Origin: Gemmatimonadales bacterium
Lineage (GTDB): Bacteria; Gemmatimonadota; Gemmatimonadetes; Gemmatimonadales; GWC2-71-9
Reading direction: 5' to 3'
Assembly (NCBI GenBank): GCA_037189525.1
Contig: JBBCJC010000001.1
Coordinates: forward strand, 384,001 to 448,000
Length of the DNA stretch: 64,000 nucleotides
Shown: positions 28,221 through 38,404 of the stretch, piece by piece
Numbering within the stretch: position 1 is the first letter of the stretch
Layout: each line of letters begins with the position of its first letter
Position numbers and translations under genes: made by a program
The notes under the pieces: model-generated
The model's database searches: none
What the model was told of the DNA's origin: nothing
Seen by the model: only the letters and a program-made list of their open reading frames with translations

Positions 28221-30212
28221 TTACGGACGCGTCGGGACCACGCCCAGCTCGCGGTGGAGGTCCGCCACGGTGTAGTGCTTCCCTGCCCGGACCACCTGCT
28301 CGACTCGGCGCAGATCGGTGATCCGCTCGGCAGGCTTCCCGGCGACGATCGCGAGATCAGCGACCTTGCCCACCTCGATGCTGCCGTAGTCGCGATCTTC
28401 CTTCATCACCCGCGCGGGTACGATGGTGGCGATCTGGAGCACGTTGGCAGCGGGAATGCCCGCGCGCTCGTAGATCTCGAGCTCTCCGTGGAAGGAGAAG
28501 CCGGCCAGGTTGTCGGTGCCGGGTACCAGCGTCACGCCCGCATCGAAGAGCCGCTTCAGAATCCGCCGATAGGTGGCGCTGGCCGCCTGCGCCCGTCCGG
28601 TCGCCTCCGCCGAACCACCCCGCCCGGCGCGGAAGCTGCGCTGCAATACCGCCGGGAACCAGTCGACCGTCGGACCGAAGACGGGATCGGTTCCGTCGGC
28701 CAGGAGCCGTGACCGATCCTGCCAGAGATTGAAGGTGCCGTCGACTACCGTGCCTCGGTTCCGCAGCAAACTGATCAGCCCGGTCATCTGGGCCGATTCG
28801 GTATCGAAGCTGGGCGCGATCCCGGCCGCGACATCGGAGTACGCCCGCATCGAAGGGACGTAGAGCGAATCCTGATAGAAGGTCGTGATCAGGTTGGCGA
28901 CATGCTGGATCTCATCGTACCCGAGCCCGATGGCAGCCGGTACCGACAGGCCGCGAGGGATGTGCCCCGAGAGCAGCATGCCCCGTTTTTTCGCTTCCTC
29001 CGCAATCGTGGGCAGCAGATCGGGATGGATCAGATTGTAGAGCTTGATCTGCCGATAGCCGAGCGAGTCGTACCGCGCGATCCAGTTCCTCGCCTCCTCG
29101 GCCGAGCCGGCTAACGCCTCGGTCGGTCCGGCCCAGCGCCCCGGCCCTTCCAGAAATCCGGCGAGGAGGATCCGCGCACCAAGCAGCGTGCCGGCTTCGG
29201 TGCGCGCCCGGTGCGACACCGCCGCATCGATATCCGCAGCGACGTCGCGCACGGTGGTGATACCAGCGGCCAGGTGGAGCAGCCCGTTGGACTCACCGCC
29301 CAGTTGGAGATGCGTGTGCATGTCCCACAGACCCGGAATGACGGTCTTGCCGGTGGCGTCCACGATTCGGGCGCCTGCGGGAGCGCGGATCGAATCCGCC
29401 GGGCCGACTGCAGCGATCCGATCTCCCTCGATTACCACCGTCGTGCGCGGCCGGACCACGCCCTGCTGAGCGTCGAAGACATCGCCGTTCCGAATCACCA
29501 GGGCACGCGTCGGCGCCGGAGCGAGCCGGCGGGCCACGACTTCCGACTGCCGGGCGCGCCACGCCATCTCGGCGGACCGCAAGGCGGGCAGCACGGACAC
29601 TGCCTCTGCCGGCACCGTGATGAACCAGGCGGCGTCGCTCGCGAAGAGCCGATTCTGTTCGTCGAGCCAGACGGCCGCATCGTCGAAGCCGAGCCCCCGA
29701 ATCGCAGCGAGCCGGACCCGGGCGGTCTTCCCGGCAAACGTCACCGTCGTGTCTACGACGACTTCAACCGATGCGGAGCCGACGGGCAGGAGTTTGGCGG
29801 TGCGTCCCGGTTGTCCGAGCAGATGGGCCGCCAGCAACGCTCGGTCGTACGGCGTCCCGCCCCGAGGCAGGTAGAAAGCGCCGGACTCCCGTCTGACGCG
29901 ACCCGAATCGCCGGCAGAACTCCAGCGCATCTCGCCCGCGGTCGCCTCGAACCGCTCGGTCACGCTGGCCGGCTGCGCGGCAGCGCTCAGGCCCGCGGCT
30001 TCCCGTACCAGCACCGTGCCATCCGCGCCGAACCGGTAGCGAACCTGCATCCGCGGTCCGCGCTGCCGGTCCTGATAGACGTAGCGAACCGCCGCCGAGT
30101 CGCCGGCCGCGGCTACCATCATCTCGCCGGCGGCGCGGCCATGGTTGAGCACCACGTAGCGGGTGGTATCGGAGGCGGTCAGGGCAAACAACGCGAGCAA
30201 GCTGGGCAGCAT
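28221..30212 (-). CDS. Secreted amidohydrolase-family protein
   Basis: PGLWDMHTH, QIKLY, SGH, PGTD, GKVADL. Confidence 0.88.
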   Translation of the reverse strand: MLPSLLALFALTASDTTRYVVLNHGRAAGEMMVAAAGDSAAVRYVYQDRQRGPRMQVRYRFGADGTVLVREAAGLSAAAQPASVTERFEATAGEMRWSSAGDSGRVRRESGAFYLPRGGTPYDRALLAAHLLGQPGRTAKLLPVGSASVEVVVDTTVTFAGKTARVRLAAIRGLGFDDAAVWLDEQNRLFASDAAWFITVPAEAVSVLPALRSAEMAWRARQSEVVARRLAPAPTRALVIRNGDVFDAQQGVVRPRTTVVIEGDRIAAVGPADSIRAPAGARIVDATGKTVIPGLWDMHTHLQLGGESNGLLHLAAGITTVRDVAADIDAAVSHRARTEAGTLLGARILLAGFLEGPGRWAGPTEALAGSAEEARNWIARYDSLGYRQIKLYNLIHPDLLPTIAEEAKKRGMLLSGHIPRGLSVPAAIGLGYDEIQHVANLITTFYQDSLYVPSMRAYSDVAAGIAPSFDTESAQMTGLISLLRNRGTVVDGTFNLWQDRSRLLADGTDPVFGPTVDWFPAVLQRSFRAGRGGSAEATGRAQAASATYRRILKRLFDAGVTLVPGTDNLAGFSFHGELEIYERAGIPAANVLQIATIVPARVMKEDRDYGSIEVGKVADLAIVAGKPAERITDLRRVEQVVRAGKHYTVADLHRELGVVPTRP

Positions 30213-30241
30213 GGGGATTCGCGGGGTAAGGGTGACAGAAA

Positions 30242-31012
30242 CTACGGTTCGAGTTCGACCAGGACCGGGGCATGATCGGACGGGAGCTTTCCCTTGCGCT
30301 CGTCACGATCGACCCAGGCGCGGTGGGAGCGGCGTGCCACGGGCTCCGTCGCGAAGATATGATCAATCCGGACTCCGTTGCCCTTCGGAAAGGCGAGCAT
30401 CCGATAATCCCACCAGGAATACGGTCCCGGCCCGGGCTCATGCAGACGCATCGTGTCGATCAGCCCCCAGTCGTTCAGAGTGCGGAGCGTGCGACGGGCC
30501 TCCTCGTGGCAGAGCACGCTGGCGCGCCACTCCTCCGGCCGCGCCACGTCCCGATCTTCCGGCGCGACGTTATAGTCGCCACAGAGGAGGAGCGGATCGG
30601 CAGACCGGTAGGTCCGCTCGAGATGGGCGCGGAGACGCCGGATCCACTCCAACTTGTAGTCCCACTTGTCGCTGCCCACGCTCTGGCCGTTGGGAAAGTA
30701 CGCCGAGAGGATCCGGATCCCGGCGACCGTAGCGGCAATGAGTCGCGCCTGCGCGTCTTCCGAGCCGTCATCGAATCCGAGCGTGACATCCGCGATGGAA
30801 TGCCGGCTCAGGATGGCGACACCATTGTAGGTCCGCTGACCGTGAAAGACGGCTTCATATCCTTCTGCGCGGATCACCTCGAGCGGGAACTCCCCGTCCG
30901 GCACCTTGAGTTCCTGCAGACAGACGACGTCGGGTCCGGTCCGCCGCAGCCATGCCACCAGGCGGTCGAGCCGGGCACGAATCGAGTTGACGTTCCATGT
31001 GGCAATGCGCAT
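30242..31012 (-). CDS. xth: Exodeoxyribonuclease III
   Basis: ATWNVNS, LQELK, YNGVA, GDYN, RIDH, SDHAP. Confidence 0.96.
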   Translation of the reverse strand: MRIATWNVNSIRARLDRLVAWLRRTGPDVVCLQELKVPDGEFPLEVIRAEGYEAVFHGQRTYNGVAILSRHSIADVTLGFDDGSEDAQARLIAATVAGIRILSAYFPNGQSVGSDKWDYKLEWIRRLRAHLERTYRSADPLLLCGDYNVAPEDRDVARPEEWRASVLCHEEARRTLRTLNDWGLIDTMRLHEPGPGPYSWWDYRMLAFPKGNGVRIDHIFATEPVARRSHRAWVDRDERKGKLPSDHAPVLVELEP

Positions 31013-31189
31013 AGGCCGTGCAATCTATCGAGCCGCGCGGGTTCTCGCATCCGACGCTCTGTCGCATGGAACCAGGATGCGCATGCCACGGGAGGTCGAT
31101 ATCACGAGATATCGGCTCCCACGTCTCTAGGGCTTGCCCTCGGGTATCACCGGAAATCCATATTGCGCAGCTTACGAAACCGAGCCTGA

Positions 31190-33817
31190 CTACGCGCCGG
31201 GTGTGTCACGCCCTTCATGGAGGTATCCCATCAACCGATCCAACACAGTGGAAAGGTCCGGCCGCTGATCGAGTACCGGCCGGACCGGGTCGTACCCCAA
31301 CGACTCCATCCGCGCCGCAGCGGTCTTGATCGTGAACATCCGGCGTCGCTCTTCGAGATCGTCGTTGACCTCGTCCCACTCGAGCGGCATCGAAACCGTG
31401 GCACCGGGCAGCGGTCGCACACTGTAGGGCGCCACGATCAGCTGCCCGCGGCGATTCTGGAGGTAGTCGAGATAGACCTTGTCGCCACGCTTGGTGACCT
31501 GGCGGACGATCGTCGACGTCTCGCGATGTTCGCGCGCCACCAGCCGAGACAACAGTTCGCCAAGGGTTCGCGATTGTTCGTAGGTGAGCTGGCGACCTAG
31601 CGGAACCATGATATGGAGACCGGTTTTCCCCGTCGTTTTGACGTAGCTGGGAAGTCCCGCATCGGTACAGATCCGGTAGAGCGTCCGCGCAATCGCCACG
31701 ACTTCGCGGAACGGCGCTTCCTTCGGATCGAGGTCGATCACGCACCAGTCGGGCTGCTCGAGCGAGGAAATGCGGCTGGCCCAGATGTGCAGCGGAATTG
31801 CCGCGGAGTTGGCGAGATAGAGCAGCGTCTCCTCGTCGTTCGCGATGAAATAGCGAACATCCCGCTGGGTGTCCTCGCTCCAGATCGGCACCGTTTGAAT
31901 CCAGACCGGCGCAAACTCCGGTGCATCTTTCTGATAGAACGACTTCCCCGCAATCCCGTCGGGATACCGGGTCAGCACGACGGGCCGATCCTTGAGATAC
32001 GGCAAGAGCCACGGCGCAATGGCGCGGTAATAGTCGACCAGGTCGCCCTTGGTGTATCCCTCGTCCGGCCAGAAGAGTTTCTTCAGATTGGAAAAGGCCA
32101 CCGTTTTGGCGACAGGCGCTTCCTTGATCTCGTCGGAGGCTGCCTGCACCGGATCGGCTGCGTCCTCGGGCGGCGCGCTGGACCACCCCTGGCGATCGCA
32201 CTGCTCGGGAGTCTTGTCGTCGCGCATCCGCAGGAAGGCGGGATGCCGCAGCAGCCCGTCCGGCGTCCATTCCCGGTATCGCACCTCCGCCACGAGGCGA
32301 GGTTCCACCCAGGTGGTCGTTTTCGTTTCCGGTATCTGCTCGGCGGGAAGCGGCACGGCACCCGGCGAAGCAACCGGGCCGAGACAGGCCGGGGTCGGCC
32401 GAATCAGGGGCACCAGTTCGGCATGATAGGACGCCAGCTGCGCTTCCGTGAAGCCGGTGCCCGCCCGGCCTGCATAGACGAGCTGCCCGTCGACCCGGTC
32501 GGCCAGTTGCAACGCGCCGAAGCCGCCCCGGGAGCCTTTGGGCGACGTGAAGCCGACGACCACGAAATCCCCAGTCTGCTCCGCCTTGATCTTGCGCCAC
32601 GCCGAGGTGCGGCCCGCCCGATACGGCGTGTCGGCCTGCTTGGCGATGATGCCCTCGACACCCAACGACACCACCTGCGCCAGCACCGCATCGCCTTCTC
32701 GTTCGATGTGATCGAGATAGCGGATCGGTCCGAGTGGCGGAAGGATCATCCGGAGCAAGCGCTTACGCTCCGAGAGCGGAAGCGGGCGAAGGTCGAAGTC
32801 CTCGAACCCGAGCAGATCGAACGCATAGTACGTGGCCGGCAGCTCGATCTCCGCCCGGCGCACATCAAGCGGCTTGCTCAGCAGTCCGCGGCGCTGCAGC
32901 AGCGCGAAACTCGGCCGCCCCTTCCCGTCCAGGACCACCACTTCGCCGTCGAGCACGACGTGAGCCAAGGGCAGCGACCGAACGGCACGCGCCACTTCGG
33001 GAAAGGTCGCCGTATAGTCGCCGCCGCTCCGGGTCCGCAGAATGGATTCACCCGCCCGATGACATGCGATCAGGCGATACCCGTCCAGCTTGAGTTCGAA
33101 GAGCCAGCCGTCTTTGGTAAACGCCTCGTCCGCCGGCTCGGCCAGCATCACGCCGATCGTGTCGTCGACGACGCCTCGTGGCGCATTCAGGCGAATCAGC
33201 TCGTTGCGCAGGAGGTCGGCTGGAGTCCGCCCCGCCATCCAGTCTTCCACGGTGAGTCCGGATAGGACCGACTCCTGGGGGAAGTCCTCGCCCGGGTCCT
33301 TGGCCCACGCATCGCGCTCTTTGATGAGCAGCCAGTCGCGCTCGCTCTTCTTGATTTTGACCAGGGTCCAGCGGCCGCGCAGCTTATAGCCTCGGAACTC
33401 GAAGAGGAGCTTCCCCTTCTCCAGGCCGGCCCGCGGATCCTCGAGCGGCACCCACTCGCCCCGATCCCAAACGACGACCGCCCCGGCCCCGTAGTTCCCT
33501 TCGGGAATGATCCCTTCGAAATCGCCATACTCGAGCGGATGGTCTTCCACCCGGACCGCCAGGCGCTTATCGGAAAGGCTGTACGACGGCCCCCGGGGCA
33601 CCGCCCAGGATTTGAGGACCCCGTCCATCTCGAAGCGAAAATCGAAGTGGGTCTGCCGCGCGGCATGCTTGTGGACGACGAACAGGCCGCCGGCCTTGGG
33701 CCGAGCCGGGACGGCCACCCCGCCAAAGGGTTCGGGCGTGCGATCGGCCGAGCGCTTGGCTCGGTACGCGGCCAGCTGCTCCGCGGGCGAGAGGGGGGAC
33801 TGCTCGTCGTCGGCCAT
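31190..33817 (-). CDS. ligD: DNA ligase D (PE-LIG-POL)
   Basis: HAARQTHFDFR PE domain; ELKLDGYR ligase motif I; RYPDGI, IDLDP, KTTGKTGLH, DYLQN primase-polymerase domain. Confidence 0.96.
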   Translation of the reverse strand: MADDEQSPLSPAEQLAAYRAKRSADRTPEPFGGVAVPARPKAGGLFVVHKHAARQTHFDFRFEMDGVLKSWAVPRGPSYSLSDKRLAVRVEDHPLEYGDFEGIIPEGNYGAGAVVVWDRGEWVPLEDPRAGLEKGKLLFEFRGYKLRGRWTLVKIKKSERDWLLIKERDAWAKDPGEDFPQESVLSGLTVEDWMAGRTPADLLRNELIRLNAPRGVVDDTIGVMLAEPADEAFTKDGWLFELKLDGYRLIACHRAGESILRTRSGGDYTATFPEVARAVRSLPLAHVVLDGEVVVLDGKGRPSFALLQRRGLLSKPLDVRRAEIELPATYYAFDLLGFEDFDLRPLPLSERKRLLRMILPPLGPIRYLDHIEREGDAVLAQVVSLGVEGIIAKQADTPYRAGRTSAWRKIKAEQTGDFVVVGFTSPKGSRGGFGALQLADRVDGQLVYAGRAGTGFTEAQLASYHAELVPLIRPTPACLGPVASPGAVPLPAEQIPETKTTTWVEPRLVAEVRYREWTPDGLLRHPAFLRMRDDKTPEQCDRQGWSSAPPEDAADPVQAASDEIKEAPVAKTVAFSNLKKLFWPDEGYTKGDLVDYYRAIAPWLLPYLKDRPVVLTRYPDGIAGKSFYQKDAPEFAPVWIQTVPIWSEDTQRDVRYFIANDEETLLYLANSAAIPLHIWASRISSLEQPDWCVIDLDPKEAPFREVVAIARTLYRICTDAGLPSYVKTTGKTGLHIMVPLGRQLTYEQSRTLGELLSRLVAREHRETSTIVRQVTKRGDKVYLDYLQNRRGQLIVAPYSVRPLPGATVSMPLEWDEVNDDLEERRRMFTIKTAAARMESLGYDPVRPVLDQRPDLSTVLDRLMGYLHEGRDTPGA

Positions 33818-33924
33818 GGGGCGAAATATAGGGCCCGGACCCGGGCGACCGCCGGTGTGCGGGCTCGGGCATTCTCAGACGACTCCTCTTTCAGTAGCTT
33901 CCACGTCCTACGTGTGAGGAACTT

Positions 33925-34755
33925 ATGCCGGCCCGGTCCATCGGAACTGCCACGATTTCGTTCGGTCTCGTCTCCGTCCCGATCCACATCTATTCGTCGT
34001 CGGAGTCGTCGGCCGGGATTTCATTCAATCTGCTGCACAAGAAGTGCGGCACTCGGCTCAAGCAGCAATACATCTGCCCCAAGGACGAGGAAATCGTCCC
34101 CCGCGACCAGATGGTGAAGGGCTATGAGTTTGCCAAGGATCAATACGCGGTCTTTACCCCGGAAGAGATCAAGGCGCTCGACGAGAAAGCCACCAACACG
34201 ATCGATATCCTCGAGTTCGTTCCGCTCGATCAGGTCGACCGCCGCTACCTCGATAAGTCCTACTACCTGGGCCCCGACAAAGGCGGCGACCGCGCCTATC
34301 GCCTGCTTGGCAAAGCGCTGGAAGAGACCGGTCGAGCCGCGCTGGGCCAGTACGCAGCGCGGGGACGCCAGCACCTGGTCCTGCTCCGACCGCTCGACGG
34401 GGTGCTCTTGATGGAGCAACTCCACTACGCCGAAGAGCTCAAGCCCGCCACCGAAGTCCCGCTCGGCGAGGGAGACGTGAAAGCGGCGGAACTCAAGCTG
34501 GCCAAGCAGCTGATCGAGCAGGCCGCCACCGAGGAGTTCCATCCGGAGCGCTACAAGGACGAAGTGCGGAGCCGCGTGCTCGATGCGATCCAGAAGAAGG
34601 TCGAAGGCCACGAGATCACCGCCGAGCCTGCGCAGGATGCAGGCGGTAAGATCATCGACCTGATGGAAGCCCTGAAAGCCAGCCTGGCCCGGGGCGCCGA
34701 CGACGAGTCCGACGAGACCGACAAGAAGCGCGGCAAGAAGCGTCAGGCTTCGTGA
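33925..34755 (+). CDS. ku: Ku protein
   Basis: ISFGLVSVP, VKGYE, YYLGP, IIDLMEALKASL; basic tail. Confidence 0.96.
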   Translation: MPARSIGTATISFGLVSVPIHIYSSSESSAGISFNLLHKKCGTRLKQQYICPKDEEIVPRDQMVKGYEFAKDQYAVFTPEEIKALDEKATNTIDILEFVPLDQVDRRYLDKSYYLGPDKGGDRAYRLLGKALEETGRAALGQYAARGRQHLVLLRPLDGVLLMEQLHYAEELKPATEVPLGEGDVKAAELKLAKQLIEQAATEEFHPERYKDEVRSRVLDAIQKKVEGHEITAEPAQDAGGKIIDLMEALKASLARGADDESDETDKKRGKKRQAS

Positions 34756-35474
34756 CCATCTGGCGCGTCGGCACCAGCGGATTTGCCTTCAAGGAGTGGA
34801 AGGGGCCCTTCTACCCGGCCAAGCTCAAGGACGCCGAGATGCTGCCGGCGTACGCGAGCCGCCTGCCGATGGTGGAGCTCAACAACACCTTCTACCGGAT
34901 GCCCCAGGAAAAGAACCTCCTGGCCTGGGCCGCGCAGGTCCCGGAGGAGTTCCGGTTTGCAGTCAAAGCCAACCAGCGGATCACCCACTACGCCCAACTG
35001 CGCGATACGGCGGAGACGGTTGCCTACCTGGCCAAGACCGTCTCCGTGCTGGGGCCGCGGCTCGGCCCCACCCTGTTTCAGCTCCCGCCGCATCTCAAGA
35101 AGGATCTCGATCGGCTCGAACGCTTCCTTACGGAGCTACCGAAACATTGGGCCGTTACGGTCGAGTTTCGCCACCAGAGCTGGTTCGACGACGACCGCGC
35201 CAGCCAGCTGCTGCGCGATCACGGCGTCGCGCTCTGCCTGTCGGACCAGCCCGACTGGCAGACCCCGCCGACGGCCACCGCCGATTGGGGATATGTGCGA
35301 CTCCACCGCTTCGACTATACCGAGGAGGAACTGTCGGATTGGAGCCGTCGCCTGAACGACTTCGGATGGTCTGAGGCGTATGTCGTCTTCAAACATGACC
35401 ATACCGCGGGCTCCGGACCTCTAGTAGCGGAGACAATGCTGCAGAAGCTCAAGGCCGTGCCTCTACGGTCCTAG
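34752..35474 (+). CDS. DUF72 (YecE-family) TIM-barrel protein
   Basis: VGTSGF, VELNNTFY, FAVKA, LFQLPP, VEFRH, YVRLH; GTGA overlap with Ku. Confidence 0.92.
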   Translation: MTIWRVGTSGFAFKEWKGPFYPAKLKDAEMLPAYASRLPMVELNNTFYRMPQEKNLLAWAAQVPEEFRFAVKANQRITHYAQLRDTAETVAYLAKTVSVLGPRLGPTLFQLPPHLKKDLDRLERFLTELPKHWAVTVEFRHQSWFDDDRASQLLRDHGVALCLSDQPDWQTPPTATADWGYVRLHRFDYTEEELSDWSRRLNDFGWSEAYVVFKHDHTAGSGPLVAETMLQKLKAVPLRS

Positions 35475-35485
35475 CCAATACCACT

Positions 35486-38395
35486 CTAGCCAAGCATGAT
35501 CCGCTCCGGCATAAGCCCCATCTCGTCCAGAAACTGGTGACCGCCGGTGACACGCCCTTCGCGAGCCTCGACCCGCGTCATCACCAGCCGATCCTTGGCC
35601 CGCGTCATTCCAACGTACAGCACCCGCCGCGCCTCTTCGACTTCTGCCAGACTGGGCGCCCGCCCCGAAGGACCACCCGGCATCTCGGTATCTTCGACGC
35701 CCACGATGTAGACCCGCGAAAACTCGAGCCCCTTGGTCGAGTGCAATGTGAGCAGGTTGACCCGCCCGGGGTCCGCTTCCGTTCCGTCACTGCGCGACAA
35801 TGCAGCCAGACCGAGAAACTCGGTCACCTGCGCATCCAACCCGGTCGTTTCCAGCCCCTCCAGGAGCCGCCGCACTCTGGCCATCGCCGCCGGATAGCGC
35901 TGCTCCGAACTCCGCTCGGCGCGAATCCGGAGCATCCGTTGCTGCCCGCCCAGCCGCTCGATGACCTCCTCCAGGGTCGGCGCCGGCGCCGCCCGCGCCC
36001 GCTCACGCTCGCCGCGGTAAAAATCGAGACAGGTGCTGTATCGGCCCAGCGCATAGACCGCTGTCTGCTCCTTGAGCATCACCGCTTCGGGCGTCAATGC
36101 TTCGGGGTCGACCAGCGCCAGCACCAGCCCCAGATAATCGAGGGCGTTCGACAGCGTGACCCGCCGCTGCCGCGAGATCCGTTCTTCCTCGAGCTTCCGG
36201 AACACCTTGGCCAGCGTCCGCACGTCCCACAGCGCCTTGTGCGGATCGCCGGGGTCGATGCCGAAGCGATCGGCCAGGAGTTCCAGCTTGGCACTTCCAA
36301 CCCGAAGCGCCCGAGCCAGCGGAAGCGTGTCGTACGTCGCGAACTCGGCGCCCGACATCCGCCTCAAGATCGGGAAGTCGAAGCTGTATCCGTTGTGGGC
36401 GACCAACACATCGTCACCCAGGAAACCCCGGAGTGCCGGCCAGATCTCCTCGAAGTACGGAGCCTCCGCCAGATCCTGTTCCGAATAGCCGTGAGTCCGC
36501 GCCGCACCAGGCGCCACCGGGATCCTCGGTCTGACCAGCCGATGGAACTCCTCGACTCCCTCCCAGTCCCGCACCCGGAGCGCCGCCACTTCGACGATCT
36601 CGGCCGTCGCTGCATCTTTATCCGTCGTCTCCAGGTCGATCACGACGAAATCGCGGAAGGTCTCGCTCGACCTGACCTGCACCAGCTGCAGCGCCTTGAA
36701 TACCGTGAGCGCAAACCCGAGCTCACCTCCGACCGACGGATCCAGCACGAAGTCGCCGGGCTCGGAAGTGCCGACCAGCGAGAGGTAATCGACCCAGCGG
36801 AATCCGGCCGCCCCCAGCAAGCCTGCCAGACCGATCTCGAGCCCTTGCATCGGCGGCAGCAGCACCCGCCTGCACTCGGTGCGCACCGTGAGGAGCACTT
36901 CCGCCAGGTGACGAACAGCGCCCGATGCGGCGGGATCGCTGAGCTCTTCGGCATGTTCCTCGAGCAGGGTTCGGTATTCGCCCACCCGTTGCGACAGCAC
37001 TTCGTCGATCAAGCCGGGCAGCTCTTCATGCCGGCGCGGCAAGCTCGCCAGATTGCTCATCGTGGCCAGCGCCCGCCGGATCTTGCGTCCCTCTTCATCG
37101 GCCGGAGGCAACTCGGCCGACTTACGGCGGAGATGGGTGACCAGGTCGACGGACGCAGCATCCGCCTGCTTCCTGAGCATGTCGAGCAGCGCACCAGGCA
37201 GCACGCGCCGGATGAACAGCTCGCTCATGATCGGATCGCTCGGGAAGGCAACCACACCGAGTGCCGCAATCAGGTAGCCCACCACGGGGTCGTCCGACAG
37301 GGCACGCCCATGCGCCATCCGGCACGGCACGCCGGCCCGCATCAATGCTCCCTCCAGCGAGTCGCCGATCGCGTGTTTGCGATAGAGGATCGCGTACGCT
37401 CCCCACGGCAGGCCCGACTCGGCGCGATCGCGCTTGAGATCGGCCAGCAACCAGCGCAGCTCGGTCAGATCTTCGCCGAATGACTTAGCTTCGACGGGGT
37501 ACGCCGTTTCCCGGCTGGCAACGACCCGCTTCTCCTCGAGCAACGGCGCGTTACAAGCCACCAGCGTACGCGCAACGTCGAAAATCTGCCGCGCCGTACG
37601 CCGATTCTCGTCGAGCACGACATGACGCGTCACGCCGAAGTCATTCATGAAGCGGAGGATGACCTGCGGATCGGCCCCGGTCCACGAAAAGATCGACTGC
37701 TCGTCATCGCCGACCGCGAAGATGTTCCGATGCCCCTCCGCCAGCCGCCGGATCACGGTGTACTGCAACGTATTGAGGTCTTGGAACTCGTCGACCAGGA
37801 GGTAGTCCCACTGCCCCGCCACCTCGCGGCACACTTCGGGGTAGTCGGTGAGTAGACCGGCGGTCAGGACGACCAGGTCGTCGAAATCGACCATACGGAA
37901 CTTGGCGAGGCGTTCTTTGTACCGGGCAAACAACGCTTCGTCTTCCGGTTTGAGCGCCTGGCCGGTCATCCGGTGCAACCCGAACCGGGACAGCGTCGGT
38001 CCACGCATCCGCGGCGGAACGTGCAGCCGGCCCAGCACCGCCTTCTGATAATCCTCATCGGCAATCCCAAAGCCGCGCTCCAGGCCGAGCACGCCGCCGT
38101 GCTTGCGGAGGATGGTGACGCAGAGGGAGTGGATGGTCGATCGGGTCACGGCCTCCGCAGAGTCGCCCACCTCACGACTCAGACGGGAGGCCACTTCCTC
38201 CGCGGCCTTATTGGTGAAGGTGACCGCGCAAATCCGCTCGGGAGGAATCCTGTGGTGCTGGATCAGGAAGCGGATTCGTTCGATCAGGCAGTAGGTCTTG
38301 CCTGCGCCGGGGCCCGCGAGCACCAGCAGGGGGCCAAGCGCTGCCTCGATCGCGCTCAGTTGCGCAGCGGACGGAACGATCGGATCAGACGTCAC
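35486..38395 (-). CDS. UvrD/PcrA-like SF1A helicase with an internal DEDDh 3'-5' exonuclease domain
   Basis: GPGAGKT, TFTNKAA, DEFQD, GDDEQSI; insert DLETT...AHNGYSFD...HKALWD; then LTLHSTKGLEF, YVGMTRAK. Confidence 0.92.
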   Translation of the reverse strand: MTSDPIVPSAAQLSAIEAALGPLLVLAGPGAGKTYCLIERIRFLIQHHRIPPERICAVTFTNKAAEEVASRLSREVGDSAEAVTRSTIHSLCVTILRKHGGVLGLERGFGIADEDYQKAVLGRLHVPPRMRGPTLSRFGLHRMTGQALKPEDEALFARYKERLAKFRMVDFDDLVVLTAGLLTDYPEVCREVAGQWDYLLVDEFQDLNTLQYTVIRRLAEGHRNIFAVGDDEQSIFSWTGADPQVILRFMNDFGVTRHVVLDENRRTARQIFDVARTLVACNAPLLEEKRVVASRETAYPVEAKSFGEDLTELRWLLADLKRDRAESGLPWGAYAILYRKHAIGDSLEGALMRAGVPCRMAHGRALSDDPVVGYLIAALGVVAFPSDPIMSELFIRRVLPGALLDMLRKQADAASVDLVTHLRRKSAELPPADEEGRKIRRALATMSNLASLPRRHEELPGLIDEVLSQRVGEYRTLLEEHAEELSDPAASGAVRHLAEVLLTVRTECRRVLLPPMQGLEIGLAGLLGAAGFRWVDYLSLVGTSEPGDFVLDPSVGGELGFALTVFKALQLVQVRSSETFRDFVVIDLETTDKDAATAEIVEVAALRVRDWEGVEEFHRLVRPRIPVAPGAARTHGYSEQDLAEAPYFEEIWPALRGFLGDDVLVAHNGYSFDFPILRRMSGAEFATYDTLPLARALRVGSAKLELLADRFGIDPGDPHKALWDVRTLAKVFRKLEEERISRQRRVTLSNALDYLGLVLALVDPEALTPEAVMLKEQTAVYALGRYSTCLDFYRGERERARAAPAPTLEEVIERLGGQQRMLRIRAERSSEQRYPAAMARVRRLLEGLETTGLDAQVTEFLGLAALSRSDGTEADPGRVNLLTLHSTKGLEFSRVYIVGVEDTEMPGGPSGRAPSLAEVEEARRVLYVGMTRAKDRLVMTRVEAREGRVTGGHQFLDEMGLMPERIMLG

Positions 38396-38404
38396 GCAGG
38401 CAAT

